A DNA stretch of 64,000 bases from the NCBI GenBank assembly GCA_018335975.1, contig JAGXRH010000024.1, positions 30,738 to 94,737 on the forward strand. Direction: 5' to 3'. This document shows positions 9,523 through 18,639 of the stretch, piece by piece. The position numbers and the translations under genes were made by a program. This stretch comes from Ignavibacteriales bacterium. GTDB lineage: Bacteria > Bacteroidota > Ignavibacteria > UBA10030 > F1-140-MAGs086. The stretch's first letter is position 1. Every line of letters starts with the position of its first letter. A model generated the notes under the pieces. It ran no database searches. It worked only from the letters and a program-made list of their open reading frames with translations, and was not told where the DNA came from.

Positions 9523-11135
9523 TTCTGTTTCAAATGAAAAATTATTTCCGAATATGCTCCCTTATCTTTTTCCGTTCTATTCAACACTGGGCGTTTAAAC
9601 TGATTGACGATTTTCATTCCAGCGTTTTCTGCAATTGTTGGATATAAATTGTATTTATCGTTCGCAACTAAAAATACATCGTAATCATCAATCAAAAACT
9701 TTTTGCAGTTATTTAAAACATCTGCAATTCCTTTTGCGTATAAATTTCTTGCTTCTCTTCCGTTTCCTTTTTCCATCGCGCCGATTTCCAATTCATCTTT
9801 TCTTTCAAAGCCAAACAAATCATAAGCGTACGCGTGTTGTTCGTGGTAATCAATCAAACCAACGTACGGCGGACTTGAAAATATTCCGTTGATTTTTTTC
9901 TTCTTCGCAAGTTTGAACAACTCAACATTTCTCTTTTCCAACTCTTTGAAAATATCAATCGTTCTCGAATCACCCGTCAAACAGTATTGAAATGTATTTG
10001 TGCGAAGCGAATCAAACTTTTCCAAACGCTGAATTGTATCTTTGCTGTAACGTTCCAACCAACTTAAAATCGAGAATAGCGGTTTACAAACTTTTCCGTG
10101 TTTGGCGCAATAATATGTTGATGCAATTGGTTCTTTCAGCGTTGCCAAATCTGCGTGTGTTGTTGCTCGACAAGAACGAATCGTGCGGCTTAAAATTATA
10201 GATACAATTTTTTTCGTGTTTTGATTTTTGATTTTCTTGACAAGATTGAAAACAAATTCTATTTCATTTCGTACGTGTTGCAAATACCATTTATCAAGAA
10301 AACCATCGGCATCTCTTTGTAATAGTTCAATTTCAAATTGTTTCACTAACCTTTTGAAAACGGGAAGAAACTCTTTTGCTTTTTCTTCTCCGTATTTTTC
10401 TTCGTCAATTTCTTTTAAATGAACTTTGCGTTTAAATTCCGGACTTGGGAAATATTTTGTGTTGAATTCTCCTAACTTTTCTAACAATACTTGTTCAAAC
10501 GCAACTGTTTTTGAATCCGCAAGAAAATGTTTTAATGCTATTGTTATCGTTGCGATTTCGTTATGAATATCTTTCAAATCGTACGAGGTAATTTTTACAT
10601 TACTAATCAACACATTGAAAGCAGAAACATCAATTCCGACAGCATGCATTCCTAATTCATTCGCTTGCACTAATGTTGTTCCACTTCCGGCAAACGGGTC
10701 AAGAATAATATCGCCTTTATGAAAATAATTTTGTTTCTTAAACTCGTCCGTGTGTGAATCCAAAAAATATTCTACGAGTTGTGGAATAAATTTTCCTTTA
10801 TACGGATGAAGTCGGTGGACGTGTTTCGTCGTATCGGATTCTTTGTATTGTTCAAACGACAAATGCCAATTCAAATCATCACCGAGTTTACTTTTCCAAT
10901 CAACTTCTCTTTTGCCGTGAAATGATTCGTAATAATTTCTCAAATCATTTCGAGAGATAACTGTTGAACCGTTCTTCCCAATCTTCTTTACTTTTCCGTA
11001 TTGAATTAGATAGGAAATATTGGATTCAGTTACGTTCTTCTTCAAATATTCACTCGCCCACAAACTTGCTTCACGAATGGAAAACAAATCTTTGCCGTAG
11101 AGTTCGGAGTATATGTTACTTTCTTTTACTTTCAT
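9519..11135 (-). CDS. DNA N4-cytosine methyltransferase, alpha motif order, N-terminal HTH-like extension
   Basis: HPYKGKFIPQLV, DPFAGSGTT (motif I) before SSPPY (motif IV). Confidence 0.9.
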   Translation of the reverse strand: MKVKESNIYSELYGKDLFSIREASLWASEYLKKNVTESNISYLIQYGKVKKIGKNGSTVISRNDLRNYYESFHGKREVDWKSKLGDDLNWHLSFEQYKESDTTKHVHRLHPYKGKFIPQLVEYFLDSHTDEFKKQNYFHKGDIILDPFAGSGTTLVQANELGMHAVGIDVSAFNVLISNVKITSYDLKDIHNEIATITIALKHFLADSKTVAFEQVLLEKLGEFNTKYFPSPEFKRKVHLKEIDEEKYGEEKAKEFLPVFKRLVKQFEIELLQRDADGFLDKWYLQHVRNEIEFVFNLVKKIKNQNTKKIVSIILSRTIRSCRATTHADLATLKEPIASTYYCAKHGKVCKPLFSILSWLERYSKDTIQRLEKFDSLRTNTFQYCLTGDSRTIDIFKELEKRNVELFKLAKKKKINGIFSSPPYVGLIDYHEQHAYAYDLFGFERKDELEIGAMEKGNGREARNLYAKGIADVLNNCKKFLIDDYDVFLVANDKYNLYPTIAENAGMKIVNQFKRPVLNRTEKDKGAYSEIIFHLKQK

Positions 11136-11204
11136 TTTTATTTACGCGGCGAAAATATACCTAACATCATTCTGAAATAAAACCTTCAACACTTCGGATT
11201 CTTC

Positions 11205-13661
11205 CTAAGGAATCGCTTCGGGACAAAACTCCACGTCATTCACAAATTCTTTTTCGTGTAAAAGATTCTCGCGCATTTTTTCTTTTTCTCTGAACGCTTC
11301 GCGCAACTTTTCTACCGAAAGCACAATTACTTCATTTGTTGCGGGCAAGGAAAATTCCGGTTCAAACTCGTGATTTGCAACGGCGGAAATTGCATCTTTG
11401 ATTGCAAGCCACGTTGCAAGCGCAAGCATAAACGGCGGCTCGGCAACTGCTTTACTTTTGCGAATCGTGTTTTCATTCGGCGCGTTTTGCAAGAGTTGCG
11501 TTCGGAAATCTTTCGGAATATCTTGCACGCCGGGAATTTTATACGTGTCGGGCGAGTGCGTGAGTAAATTTCCTTTCGCGTCCCATTTTATTTCTTCCGT
11601 TGTGCACCAGCCAACACCTTGAATGTAACCGCCTTCCACTTGCCCGATATCAATTTGCGGATTGAGTGAATCGCCGACATCGTGCAAAATATCCGTGCGC
11701 AAAATTGTGTGTTGTCCCGTGAGTGTATCAACAAGAACTTCACTCACACACATTCCAAACGCAAAATAATGAAATGGTTTTCCGCTTCCTTTTTCTTTAT
11801 CGAAATGCACGTTCGGCGTTTTGTAAAATCCCGTTGCACTCAATGGAACTTGTCGCAAATTCATCAACGGCATTGCATCTTCAAATTTAATTTTTCTTTC
11901 CGGATTTTTTTCATCGAAGATAAAATCATTTTCAAATTTGATGGAGTGTTGGAGTGTTGTGGCGAAGCCATCCCTTTGGGAGAGTGATGGATTTTTTTCA
12001 TTCCAATATTTTGCAAGTTCATTCGCAATGCGTTCTTTCAAAATATCAATCGCATTTTTCACTGCCATTCCATTTAAATCTGCGCCAGCAGAAGCCGCAG
12101 TTGCAGATGTGTTCGGCACTTTCGATGTGTTCGTTGCATTAACTTTCACACGCGCCAAACGCACGCCAAATTCCGCCGCCGCAACTTGCTGCATTTTTGT
12201 GTGAAGTCCTTGTCCCATTTCCGTTCCGCCGTGATTGACGAGAATTGTTCCGTCTTTATACACAAGCACAAGCGCGCCGGCTTGATTCAAAAACGAAGTC
12301 GTAAAAGAAATTCCAAACTTCACCGGCGTAAATGCAATTCCTTTTTTGAAAAATTCATTGTGCGAATTAAACTCGTCAACTTCTTTTCTTCGCTGTTCAT
12401 ATTCGGAAGATTTTTTCAACTGCTCATACATTGTAAAGAGATGATTGTTCTCGACAACTTCGCCGTAATGCGTTGTGTTGTTCGTTTCCATTTCCCGAAG
12501 GGACTCATTCGAGCCATAAAAATTTTTGAAACGAATTTCCGCAGAATCTTTTTTCAAATACCGCGCAACTCTATCAATAATATTTTCAATCACTGCCATT
12601 CCTTGCGGACCACCGAATCCGCGAAACGCTGTATTCGATGGAAGATTTGTTTTCCACGCATTTCCCACAACGCGCATGTTGGGAATGTAATACGCATTAT
12701 CCACGTGTAGCATCGCACGCTGTAAAATCGCAAACGATAAATCCGTTGCGCAACCGCCATCTTCATTCAACTCAATGTTTGCGGCGAGAATTTTTCCTTC
12801 ATCATCAAAACCGATTTCATAGTTTGAAAGAAAGCGATGACGTTTGCCCGTGATTATCATATCATCATCGCGGAAGAGACGAATTTTTACGGGACGTTTT
12901 GTCGCGTGAGCAAGCAATGCGCACCAACACGCTACGTGATTTCCTTGCGTTTCTTTTCCACCGAATGCGCCGCCCATTCTTCTCACTTCAACAACGATTT
13001 CATTTTTTCCAACGCCCAATACTTCTGCAATCAACGCTTGTGTTTCCGATGGATGCTGCGTTCCGCTGAAGACATTCATTTCATTGTGTTCGCCGGGAAT
13101 GCACAACGCAACTTGCGATTCGAGATACCAATGCTCTTGCGCGCCGGTTTGTAATTCGCCGGAAATTTTGTGTTGGACAATTTTCAAAATTGTCCTACTG
13201 TCACCTCTCTCAATTTTCATTGGTGCGCCAAGAAGAGAATTATTTTTCATCGCATCTTCGATTGTAAGAATCGGTTCGAGAAGTTCATATTCAACTTTTA
13301 TTTTTTTCTCCGCTTCCAAACATTGTTCTTCCGTTTCTGCGGCGATAAGAAATATTGCTTGCCCAACGCACACAACTTCATTTCCCGCCTCGGCGGACAA
13401 GTCCGCAAGACAAACTTCATCGTGAATAACCGGTCCCATTTGATTATGGCTGGGAATATCTTTGTAACACAACACCGCGTGAACACCGGAAACTTTTTTT
13501 GCTTCATTCACATCAAACGAAATTATTTTTGCGTGTGCGTGCGGAGAATATACAACGCGACCAACTAACAATTGTTGATTGACAAGCATATCATCAATGT
13601 AAATTGCCTCGCCGGAAACGTGAAGCGATGCGGATTCGTGGGGGAAAGGAGCTTGTTTCAT
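11205..13661 (-). CDS. xdhB: Xanthine dehydrogenase molybdopterin subunit
   Basis: HESASLHVSGEAIYIDD, RMGGAFGGKE, AFRGFGGPQG, GGTEMGQGL, SKAVAEPP. Confidence 0.95.
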   Translation of the reverse strand: MKQAPFPHESASLHVSGEAIYIDDMLVNQQLLVGRVVYSPHAHAKIISFDVNEAKKVSGVHAVLCYKDIPSHNQMGPVIHDEVCLADLSAEAGNEVVCVGQAIFLIAAETEEQCLEAEKKIKVEYELLEPILTIEDAMKNNSLLGAPMKIERGDSRTILKIVQHKISGELQTGAQEHWYLESQVALCIPGEHNEMNVFSGTQHPSETQALIAEVLGVGKNEIVVEVRRMGGAFGGKETQGNHVACWCALLAHATKRPVKIRLFRDDDMIITGKRHRFLSNYEIGFDDEGKILAANIELNEDGGCATDLSFAILQRAMLHVDNAYYIPNMRVVGNAWKTNLPSNTAFRGFGGPQGMAVIENIIDRVARYLKKDSAEIRFKNFYGSNESLREMETNNTTHYGEVVENNHLFTMYEQLKKSSEYEQRRKEVDEFNSHNEFFKKGIAFTPVKFGISFTTSFLNQAGALVLVYKDGTILVNHGGTEMGQGLHTKMQQVAAAEFGVRLARVKVNATNTSKVPNTSATAASAGADLNGMAVKNAIDILKERIANELAKYWNEKNPSLSQRDGFATTLQHSIKFENDFIFDEKNPERKIKFEDAMPLMNLRQVPLSATGFYKTPNVHFDKEKGSGKPFHYFAFGMCVSEVLVDTLTGQHTILRTDILHDVGDSLNPQIDIGQVEGGYIQGVGWCTTEEIKWDAKGNLLTHSPDTYKIPGVQDIPKDFRTQLLQNAPNENTIRKSKAVAEPPFMLALATWLAIKDAISAVANHEFEPEFSLPATNEVIVLSVEKLREAFREKEKMRENLLHEKEFVNDVEFCPEAIP

Positions 13662-13684
13662 AGGTTTTGTATGCTGTATTTCAT

Positions 13685-13766
13685 CTCAGTGTTTCTTTGT
13701 GTTCTAAGCGCCTACGTGGTTTTATTTTTTACCACTAAGACACGAAGAGCACGAAGGTCCACTAAG
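13685..13766. repeat. Imperfect palindrome of 8-10-nt units (CACGAAG/CACTAAG type)
   Basis: CTCAGTGTTTCTTTGTGTTCTAAGCGCCTACGTGGT - spacer - ACCACTAAGACACGAAGAGCACGAAGGTCCACTAAG; abuts the fic stop codon. Confidence 0.75.
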
Positions 13767-14537
13767 TTAATTTTTCTTCAACGCTTTCGGTAACATTTCT
13801 AAAAACGGCAAACACTTGTCGTAATTTAGTTCGTAGTAATTTACACCGAGATTGATGTTGTTGTAATATTCTTGCTGATGCTCTTTGTAAAATTGTTCGG
13901 AAGAAATTTTCCACGCATTAACTCCAAGAAATTTTGCGAGAAACCATTTTTCCAATAATCGCGCGGCTCGCCCGTTGCCATCTGCAAATGGATGAATGTG
14001 AACAAACTTCAAGTGATATAGTGAGGCAAAGTAAAATGCTTTCTCTGTATTCAATTTCTCTTTCAATATTTTTTTCAGAGAAGCGAAAAACAATTTCATT
14101 TCCTTTTTCACAAGCTCCGGTTCAACTGCGAGATACACTAAACCACTCTCGCTAAATACGCCAATTTTTCCCGTTCGATATTTCCCTCGTTTGCTTTTTA
14201 TTAAATACGTTGCGGAAAGTTTTTCGTGTGCTTGTAAAAAATTCTTTTCTGAAAAAGCATGTACCTTTGCAAACTCGTATGCTTGTTCCAAATCTTTAAT
14301 TTCTTTTTCCATTTTCGTCGCTTTTCGTTTCGCCAATCGAAAATTCATATACGAATTTAAGTCCAGCGGATTTCCCTCAATGTTCGATGAATACACTGCT
14401 GATGAAATGATGTGATACATCAATTCTACTTTCCCATTTTTTAAATCAGCATTCTTCCACAACGCTTCAACATTTTTTCCAATGCGTTTATGATATTCTT
14501 GAAAATATTTTCTGTCGTTTATTTCTGTTGGTTTCAT
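13767..14537 (-). CDS. Fic-domain protein (class II, N-terminal inhibitory helix)
   Basis: HPFADGNGRAAR active motif; SSNIEGN inhibitory motif. Confidence 0.92.
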   Translation of the reverse strand: MKPTEINDRKYFQEYHKRIGKNVEALWKNADLKNGKVELMYHIISSAVYSSNIEGNPLDLNSYMNFRLAKRKATKMEKEIKDLEQAYEFAKVHAFSEKNFLQAHEKLSATYLIKSKRGKYRTGKIGVFSESGLVYLAVEPELVKKEMKLFFASLKKILKEKLNTEKAFYFASLYHLKFVHIHPFADGNGRAARLLEKWFLAKFLGVNAWKISSEQFYKEHQQEYYNNINLGVNYYELNYDKCLPFLEMLPKALKKN

Positions 14538-14551
14538 AAATTTATTTATTC

Positions 14552-14631
14552 ACCACGAATGTCACGAATGAAACACGGATTTGCACGAATTCATCTGTGA
14601 ACATTCGCTAAGTATCCGTGTAATTCGTGGT
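14552..14631. repeat. Family A palindrome, copy 2
   Basis: ACCACGAATGTCACGAATGAAACACGGATTTGCACGAAT...ATCCGTGTAATTCGTGGT. Confidence 0.85.
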
Positions 14632-14637
14632 CAAAAT

Positions 14638-15258
14638 TTATCTCGTCAAATTATACTGCAACGGAAGATTTACCCATACATTTGCCGCTTCGCCGCTGGG
14701 TTTGAGCGGCTGCGTAAATTGCCACAACATTACCGCGTCAATGGATGGCTGCTTAAATTGTTCTTCGTACTCGCGGTACAATTCCACATTGATAGAATCA
14801 TATATGCTTGTGGTTTTTACCCGCGTCACTTCTATTGCGCGCGGATGTCCGTCAATACCGATTAACACTTTCAACATTACCTCCGCTTTTATTCCGTTCA
14901 TTCGCGCGTGTTCGGGAAACACCGGAGGAATTTGTTTTGTTGGCGTGGGCCATTGTTTTAAGGTTGTGAGTTCAACGGTATCAGCGAGTGTTGTTGGGTC
15001 AACGGTTTTTGTTATTTCGTTTGTTGGTTTGTTCGTTTGCTCGCCCACCACGGCTGGTAAATTTGTTTGTTGTTGAACTTGTTGTGTTGTGCGTGTTTCT
15101 GCTTTTTGTTCGGGTTGTTTTGAACAGCTTCCTAGTAAAAACATAGTAGCAAGCAAAAGTTTGCCATATTGAGCGAAGCGAAATTTTCTGAGAAGATTCT
15201 TCGCTTTGCTCAGAATGACATGGCGGAAAAATTTATTTATATAAAAAGTATTTTTCAT
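14638..15258 (-). CDS. TonB C-terminal domain protein, probable lipoprotein
   Basis: LLGSC lipobox, T/Q/P-rich linker, PVFPEHARMNGIKAEVMLKVLIG...WQFTQP. Confidence 0.75.
   Translation of the reverse strand: MKNTFYINKFFRHVILSKAKNLLRKFRFAQYGKLLLATMFLLGSCSKQPEQKAETRTTQQVQQQTNLPAVVGEQTNKPTNEITKTVDPTTLADTVELTTLKQWPTPTKQIPPVFPEHARMNGIKAEVMLKVLIGIDGHPRAIEVTRVKTTSIYDSINVELYREYEEQFKQPSIDAVMLWQFTQPLKPSGEAANVWVNLPLQYNLTR
15163..15220. repeat. REP-like hairpin inside the 5' end of the TonB_C ORF
   Basis: Minus strand GTCATTCTGAGCAAAGCGAAGAATCT...TTCGCTTCGCTCAATATGGC. Confidence 0.75.
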
Positions 15259-15275
15259 TCCTCATTCCTCATTAT

Positions 15276-16730
15276 TCATTGATTTGTGTCGTTGTAAAAT
15301 TTTAAGAGTAAATTCCTTGATGCAATTGTTCTAAACTCTGCGCTGGAGCGTGCATCGGAGATTGGTGTAAATTCCTTTTCGAGAATTGTCATTGCTTGTT
15401 CAATAATTTTTCTTTCCCATTTTTTGTTGAGAAGAAATTGCTCGGTGTTTGTTGCGCGTTTCGTTCGTTCTGCCATTCCACCAAAACATAATTTTATTTC
15501 TTTCACTTCGTTGTTTCTGTTTAACTCCAAACGAAATCCTCCGCTCAATGTAGAAATATCTAAATCTTTGCGCTTGGAAACTTTATATGATTTTACTTTC
15601 ACTCCATTTTTAAGTTTTGGAATGACGACAGAAGTAATCAATTCATTTTCTTTACGCAATGTTTTTCTATAACCAATAAAATAATCGTCGAGAGCGACTT
15701 CTCGTTTTCCGTTTATGCTTTGCAATACTGTTTTTGCATTATACGCCATTAACACGGGAAGCGTATCGCCAATCGGAGAAGCGGTTCCAAAATTTCCACC
15801 GAGTGTTGCAAGATTTCGGATTTGCTGTGAACCAAACACGGCAAGCATTTCAAACAATGCGGGAAAATCCTTTTCGATTTTTTGTTTTACATCTTCCAAA
15901 CAAATTCCTGAACCAATTCTCGCTTCATTTTTATTTTCAGAAAATGTTTTCAATTCTTCAACGCGCGATAAATCAATTATCTCTTTCAAGAGTTCGTGTT
16001 TCTTCGTTACTCGCAATGCAACATCAGTCGCCCCGTTAATCACAATCGCATTGGGAAAATTATTTTTCAATTCAATTGCTTCATTCAAACTTCTTGGTTG
16101 AAAATAATTTTGTTTCTTTGTTTGTCCGAAGGACTCCGTATGGAGAAGGTGAATTGATTCGTTTGAAATTGATTTGAGAAGTTTCGCGGTTTGTTGTTCG
16201 TGATTTGTAAAATTATCTTTCGTTTCATTCACACACGATTTAGATGCGGCTTCAATAATCGGCTTATAACCCGTACAACGACAAAGATTTCCGGTCAGTG
16301 AATCGTCAATTTCATTTCGCGTAGGATTGTTTTTATTCTTGTATAAGGAAAACAACGACATCATAATTCCCGGCGTGCAAAATCCGCATTGACTTCCACC
16401 TGTTTCAATCATAGCAGTTTGTGTTGGATGAAGTTCGCCATTTTCAGATTTCAAATTTTCCACTGTTATAAGTTGCTTTCCGTGTAGCATCGGAAGAAAC
16501 ACTAAACACGAATCAACTGATTTGTATTTAACTTTTCCATCGCTCGAACATTCGCCAAGTACAACAGTACACGCTCCGCAATCACCTTCAGCGCAACCTT
16601 CTTTCACTCCTTTGTGCGTTGGTAAATCACGAAGATAATTTAAAACTGTCGTCGTCGGTTTGATTTCAGAATTTTGAAAATCGAGCGAAACGATTTTTCC
16701 ATCGAGAATAAATTGTAGTGAATCTTGCAT
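15276..16730 (-). CDS. xdhA: Xanthine dehydrogenase Fe-S/FAD subunit
   Basis: KEGCAEGDCGACT, SQCGFCTPG, GNLCRCTGY, QIRNLATLGGN, ASPIGD. Confidence 0.95.
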   Translation of the reverse strand: MQDSLQFILDGKIVSLDFQNSEIKPTTTVLNYLRDLPTHKGVKEGCAEGDCGACTVVLGECSSDGKVKYKSVDSCLVFLPMLHGKQLITVENLKSENGELHPTQTAMIETGGSQCGFCTPGIMMSLFSLYKNKNNPTRNEIDDSLTGNLCRCTGYKPIIEAASKSCVNETKDNFTNHEQQTAKLLKSISNESIHLLHTESFGQTKKQNYFQPRSLNEAIELKNNFPNAIVINGATDVALRVTKKHELLKEIIDLSRVEELKTFSENKNEARIGSGICLEDVKQKIEKDFPALFEMLAVFGSQQIRNLATLGGNFGTASPIGDTLPVLMAYNAKTVLQSINGKREVALDDYFIGYRKTLRKENELITSVVIPKLKNGVKVKSYKVSKRKDLDISTLSGGFRLELNRNNEVKEIKLCFGGMAERTKRATNTEQFLLNKKWERKIIEQAMTILEKEFTPISDARSSAEFRTIASRNLLLKFYNDTNQ

Positions 16731-16852
16731 TTTTCTTTTTGTTGATTAAAAGCGGGGAAAAATTACAAAAAAAACCTTAAAGCATTTTTGTTTTCGCTAA
16801 TGAATGAAAATGGTTATCTTCATTCCCAAAATTTAACACGAAAGAAAAAACT

Positions 16853-17278
16853 ATGTACCCAGAAGAACTCCTCCAACCGATGCGAAACGAAGTCGCCTCG
16901 CTCGGTATTAAAGAAGTAAAAACTGCCGCCGCAGTTGACGAAGAAATAAAAAACTCAACAGGAACAGTATTTGTTTTTGTCAATTCCGTTTGCGGATGTT
17001 CCGCAGGCTCAGCGCGACCGGCATTGAAACTTGCACTCAATCAACCAATTCGTCCCGATAAACTCCTCACAGTATTTGCCGGACAAGATGTGGAAGCGAC
17101 TATTCAGGCGCGGAAATATTTTACCGGATTTCCTCCTTCATCACCCTCGATGTGGTTGCTGCGCGACGGAAAAGTTGTGCACGCAGTCGAACGCAGGCAG
17201 ATAGAAGGAAGACCGCCGCAAATGATAGCCGACCATTTGATTGAAACATTCAAAGAATATTGTGAAGTCGCTGCGTAA
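16853..17278 (+). CDS. Bacilliredoxin BrxA/BrxB family
   Basis: NSVCGCSAGSARP (CGC motif), TVFAGQD, PPSSPS. Confidence 0.92.
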   Translation: MYPEELLQPMRNEVASLGIKEVKTAAAVDEEIKNSTGTVFVFVNSVCGCSAGSARPALKLALNQPIRPDKLLTVFAGQDVEATIQARKYFTGFPPSSPSMWLLRDGKVVHAVERRQIEGRPPQMIADHLIETFKEYCEVAA

Positions 17279-17297
17279 CAATCCTTTCATTCTTCTC

Positions 17298-17333
17298 AAT
17301 GCCGAATTTTTTTAAGTTCGGCATTTTCTTTTT
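17298..17333 (+). terminator. Intrinsic terminator
   Basis: AATGCCGAA/TTCGGCATT stem followed by a T-rich tract. Confidence 0.75.
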
Positions 17334-17342
17334 ATAACCGTT

Positions 17343-17370
17343 TAAACTTTCTCCCGACTTGATTCGTCTA
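17343..17370 (+). promoter_or_regulatory. Putative ECF-sigma autoregulatory promoter
   Basis: TAAAC-N17-CGTCTA just upstream of the ECF gene; matches the AAC/CGT pattern of ECF promoters. Confidence 0.6.
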
Positions 17371-17394
17371 ACTTCTGGAATTTGAAAATAAATT

Positions 17395-18006
17395 GTGGCG
17401 CAAACCAACACATTGCTCGAAGAAAAAACACTGCAAACGAAAACTAAACCGAGCGATTCGGAATTAGTTACCGCATTTCAACGCGGTGATATTGTTGGCT
17501 TCAATGAACTTGTGCGCCGCTATCAGGAAAAAGTGTACTGGATTGCACGCCGCATTGTTATTGACCACGACGATGCCGACGATGTTACACAAGATGTTTT
17601 TGTAAAAGTGTACGGTGCGCTGAAAAATTTTCGACAAGAATCGGAATTTTACACGTGGATTTACAGAATAACAACAAACATATCGCTGAATCACATTCGC
17701 GGAAAGAAAGTAAAGCAATTTTTCCGCATTGACGATGAAAGCGAAGATGCACAGGCAATTGAAATAAAAGACGAATCCTCACTTCCCGATGCAATGCTCG
17801 AACAAAAAGAAATGAAAACGATGATTGAAAAAGCAGTAGAGAAACTTCCGAAACAACAAAAACTCGTTTTCATAATGCGTTACTACGACGAACTATCGTA
17901 TGACGAAATTTCGAAACAACTAAAAATTTCTATTGGTGGTTTGAAAGCAAATTATTTTCACGCACTCAAAAAAATCCAAAAGTATCTCGAATATGCAATG
18001 CAATGA
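17395..18006 (+). CDS. ECF sigma-70 factor (RpoE/SigW-like)
   Basis: DADDVTQDVF, FYTWIYRITTN region 2; LSYDEIS region 4. Confidence 0.93.
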   Translation: MAQTNTLLEEKTLQTKTKPSDSELVTAFQRGDIVGFNELVRRYQEKVYWIARRIVIDHDDADDVTQDVFVKVYGALKNFRQESEFYTWIYRITTNISLNHIRGKKVKQFFRIDDESEDAQAIEIKDESSLPDAMLEQKEMKTMIEKAVEKLPKQQKLVFIMRYYDELSYDEISKQLKISIGGLKANYFHALKKIQKYLEYAMQ

Positions 18007-18622
18007 AATCAAACTTCTTTTGCCCGATTGGGTCAAAGAGAAAGAACATAACACGAGTCACATAATTATTCAGCAACATCTTATGACGTGTCAGAACTGT
18101 ACTAACGAAGCAGAAGCGATGGAGCAGTTATTTTCCCGGATTGATAACGATAAACAATACGTTCCGACACAACAATACTTTACCAATTTGCTGCCACACA
18201 TTCATCAACGTATTGAGCGAAAAAGAAAACAAAAATATTACTGGCGGATTTTCCAGATTGCTACTCCGGTCGTTGCGTTGTTCGTGTTGTTTTTTATCAG
18301 TCCGAAATTTTCTTCTGAACAAACGTTTACGATTGAAAACGCCGTTGAAGGAATAATTCAATCGAGCGATACCGACGAACTTCGGGATTTTGCCAGCACA
18401 ATGTTGACTGAAGATTATTCTCTCCCCGTGCTTCAACATCATGATATTCTTTCGCAGGAAGACAAAAATGTTGTCGAAGCGTTAGTTGCCGAAAACCCGC
18501 AAAACGCCCAACGTTACCTGCGTTCATTAGAATCAGACGACGCACCATCGTTACTGCAATGCACCGACGAGGAAGCAGAACAAATTGCACTTCAATTAGA
18601 GAAAAATTTTTCACCACAATAA
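17993..18622 (+). CDS. Anti-sigma factor (zinc-binding ZAS motif, single TM)
   Basis: MQC...HLMTCQNC (HxxxCxxC), TM helix, overlaps sigma gene. Confidence 0.8.
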   Translation: MQCNEIKLLLPDWVKEKEHNTSHIIIQQHLMTCQNCTNEAEAMEQLFSRIDNDKQYVPTQQYFTNLLPHIHQRIERKRKQKYYWRIFQIATPVVALFVLFFISPKFSSEQTFTIENAVEGIIQSSDTDELRDFASTMLTEDYSLPVLQHHDILSQEDKNVVEALVAENPQNAQRYLRSLESDDAPSLLQCTDEEAEQIALQLEKNFSPQ

Positions 18623-18639
18623 ATTAGAAAGAAACTCCT

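Noticed and set aside
16731..16852. Purine riboswitch before xdhA
   Set aside because: Short divergent promoter region with no recognisable aptamer core
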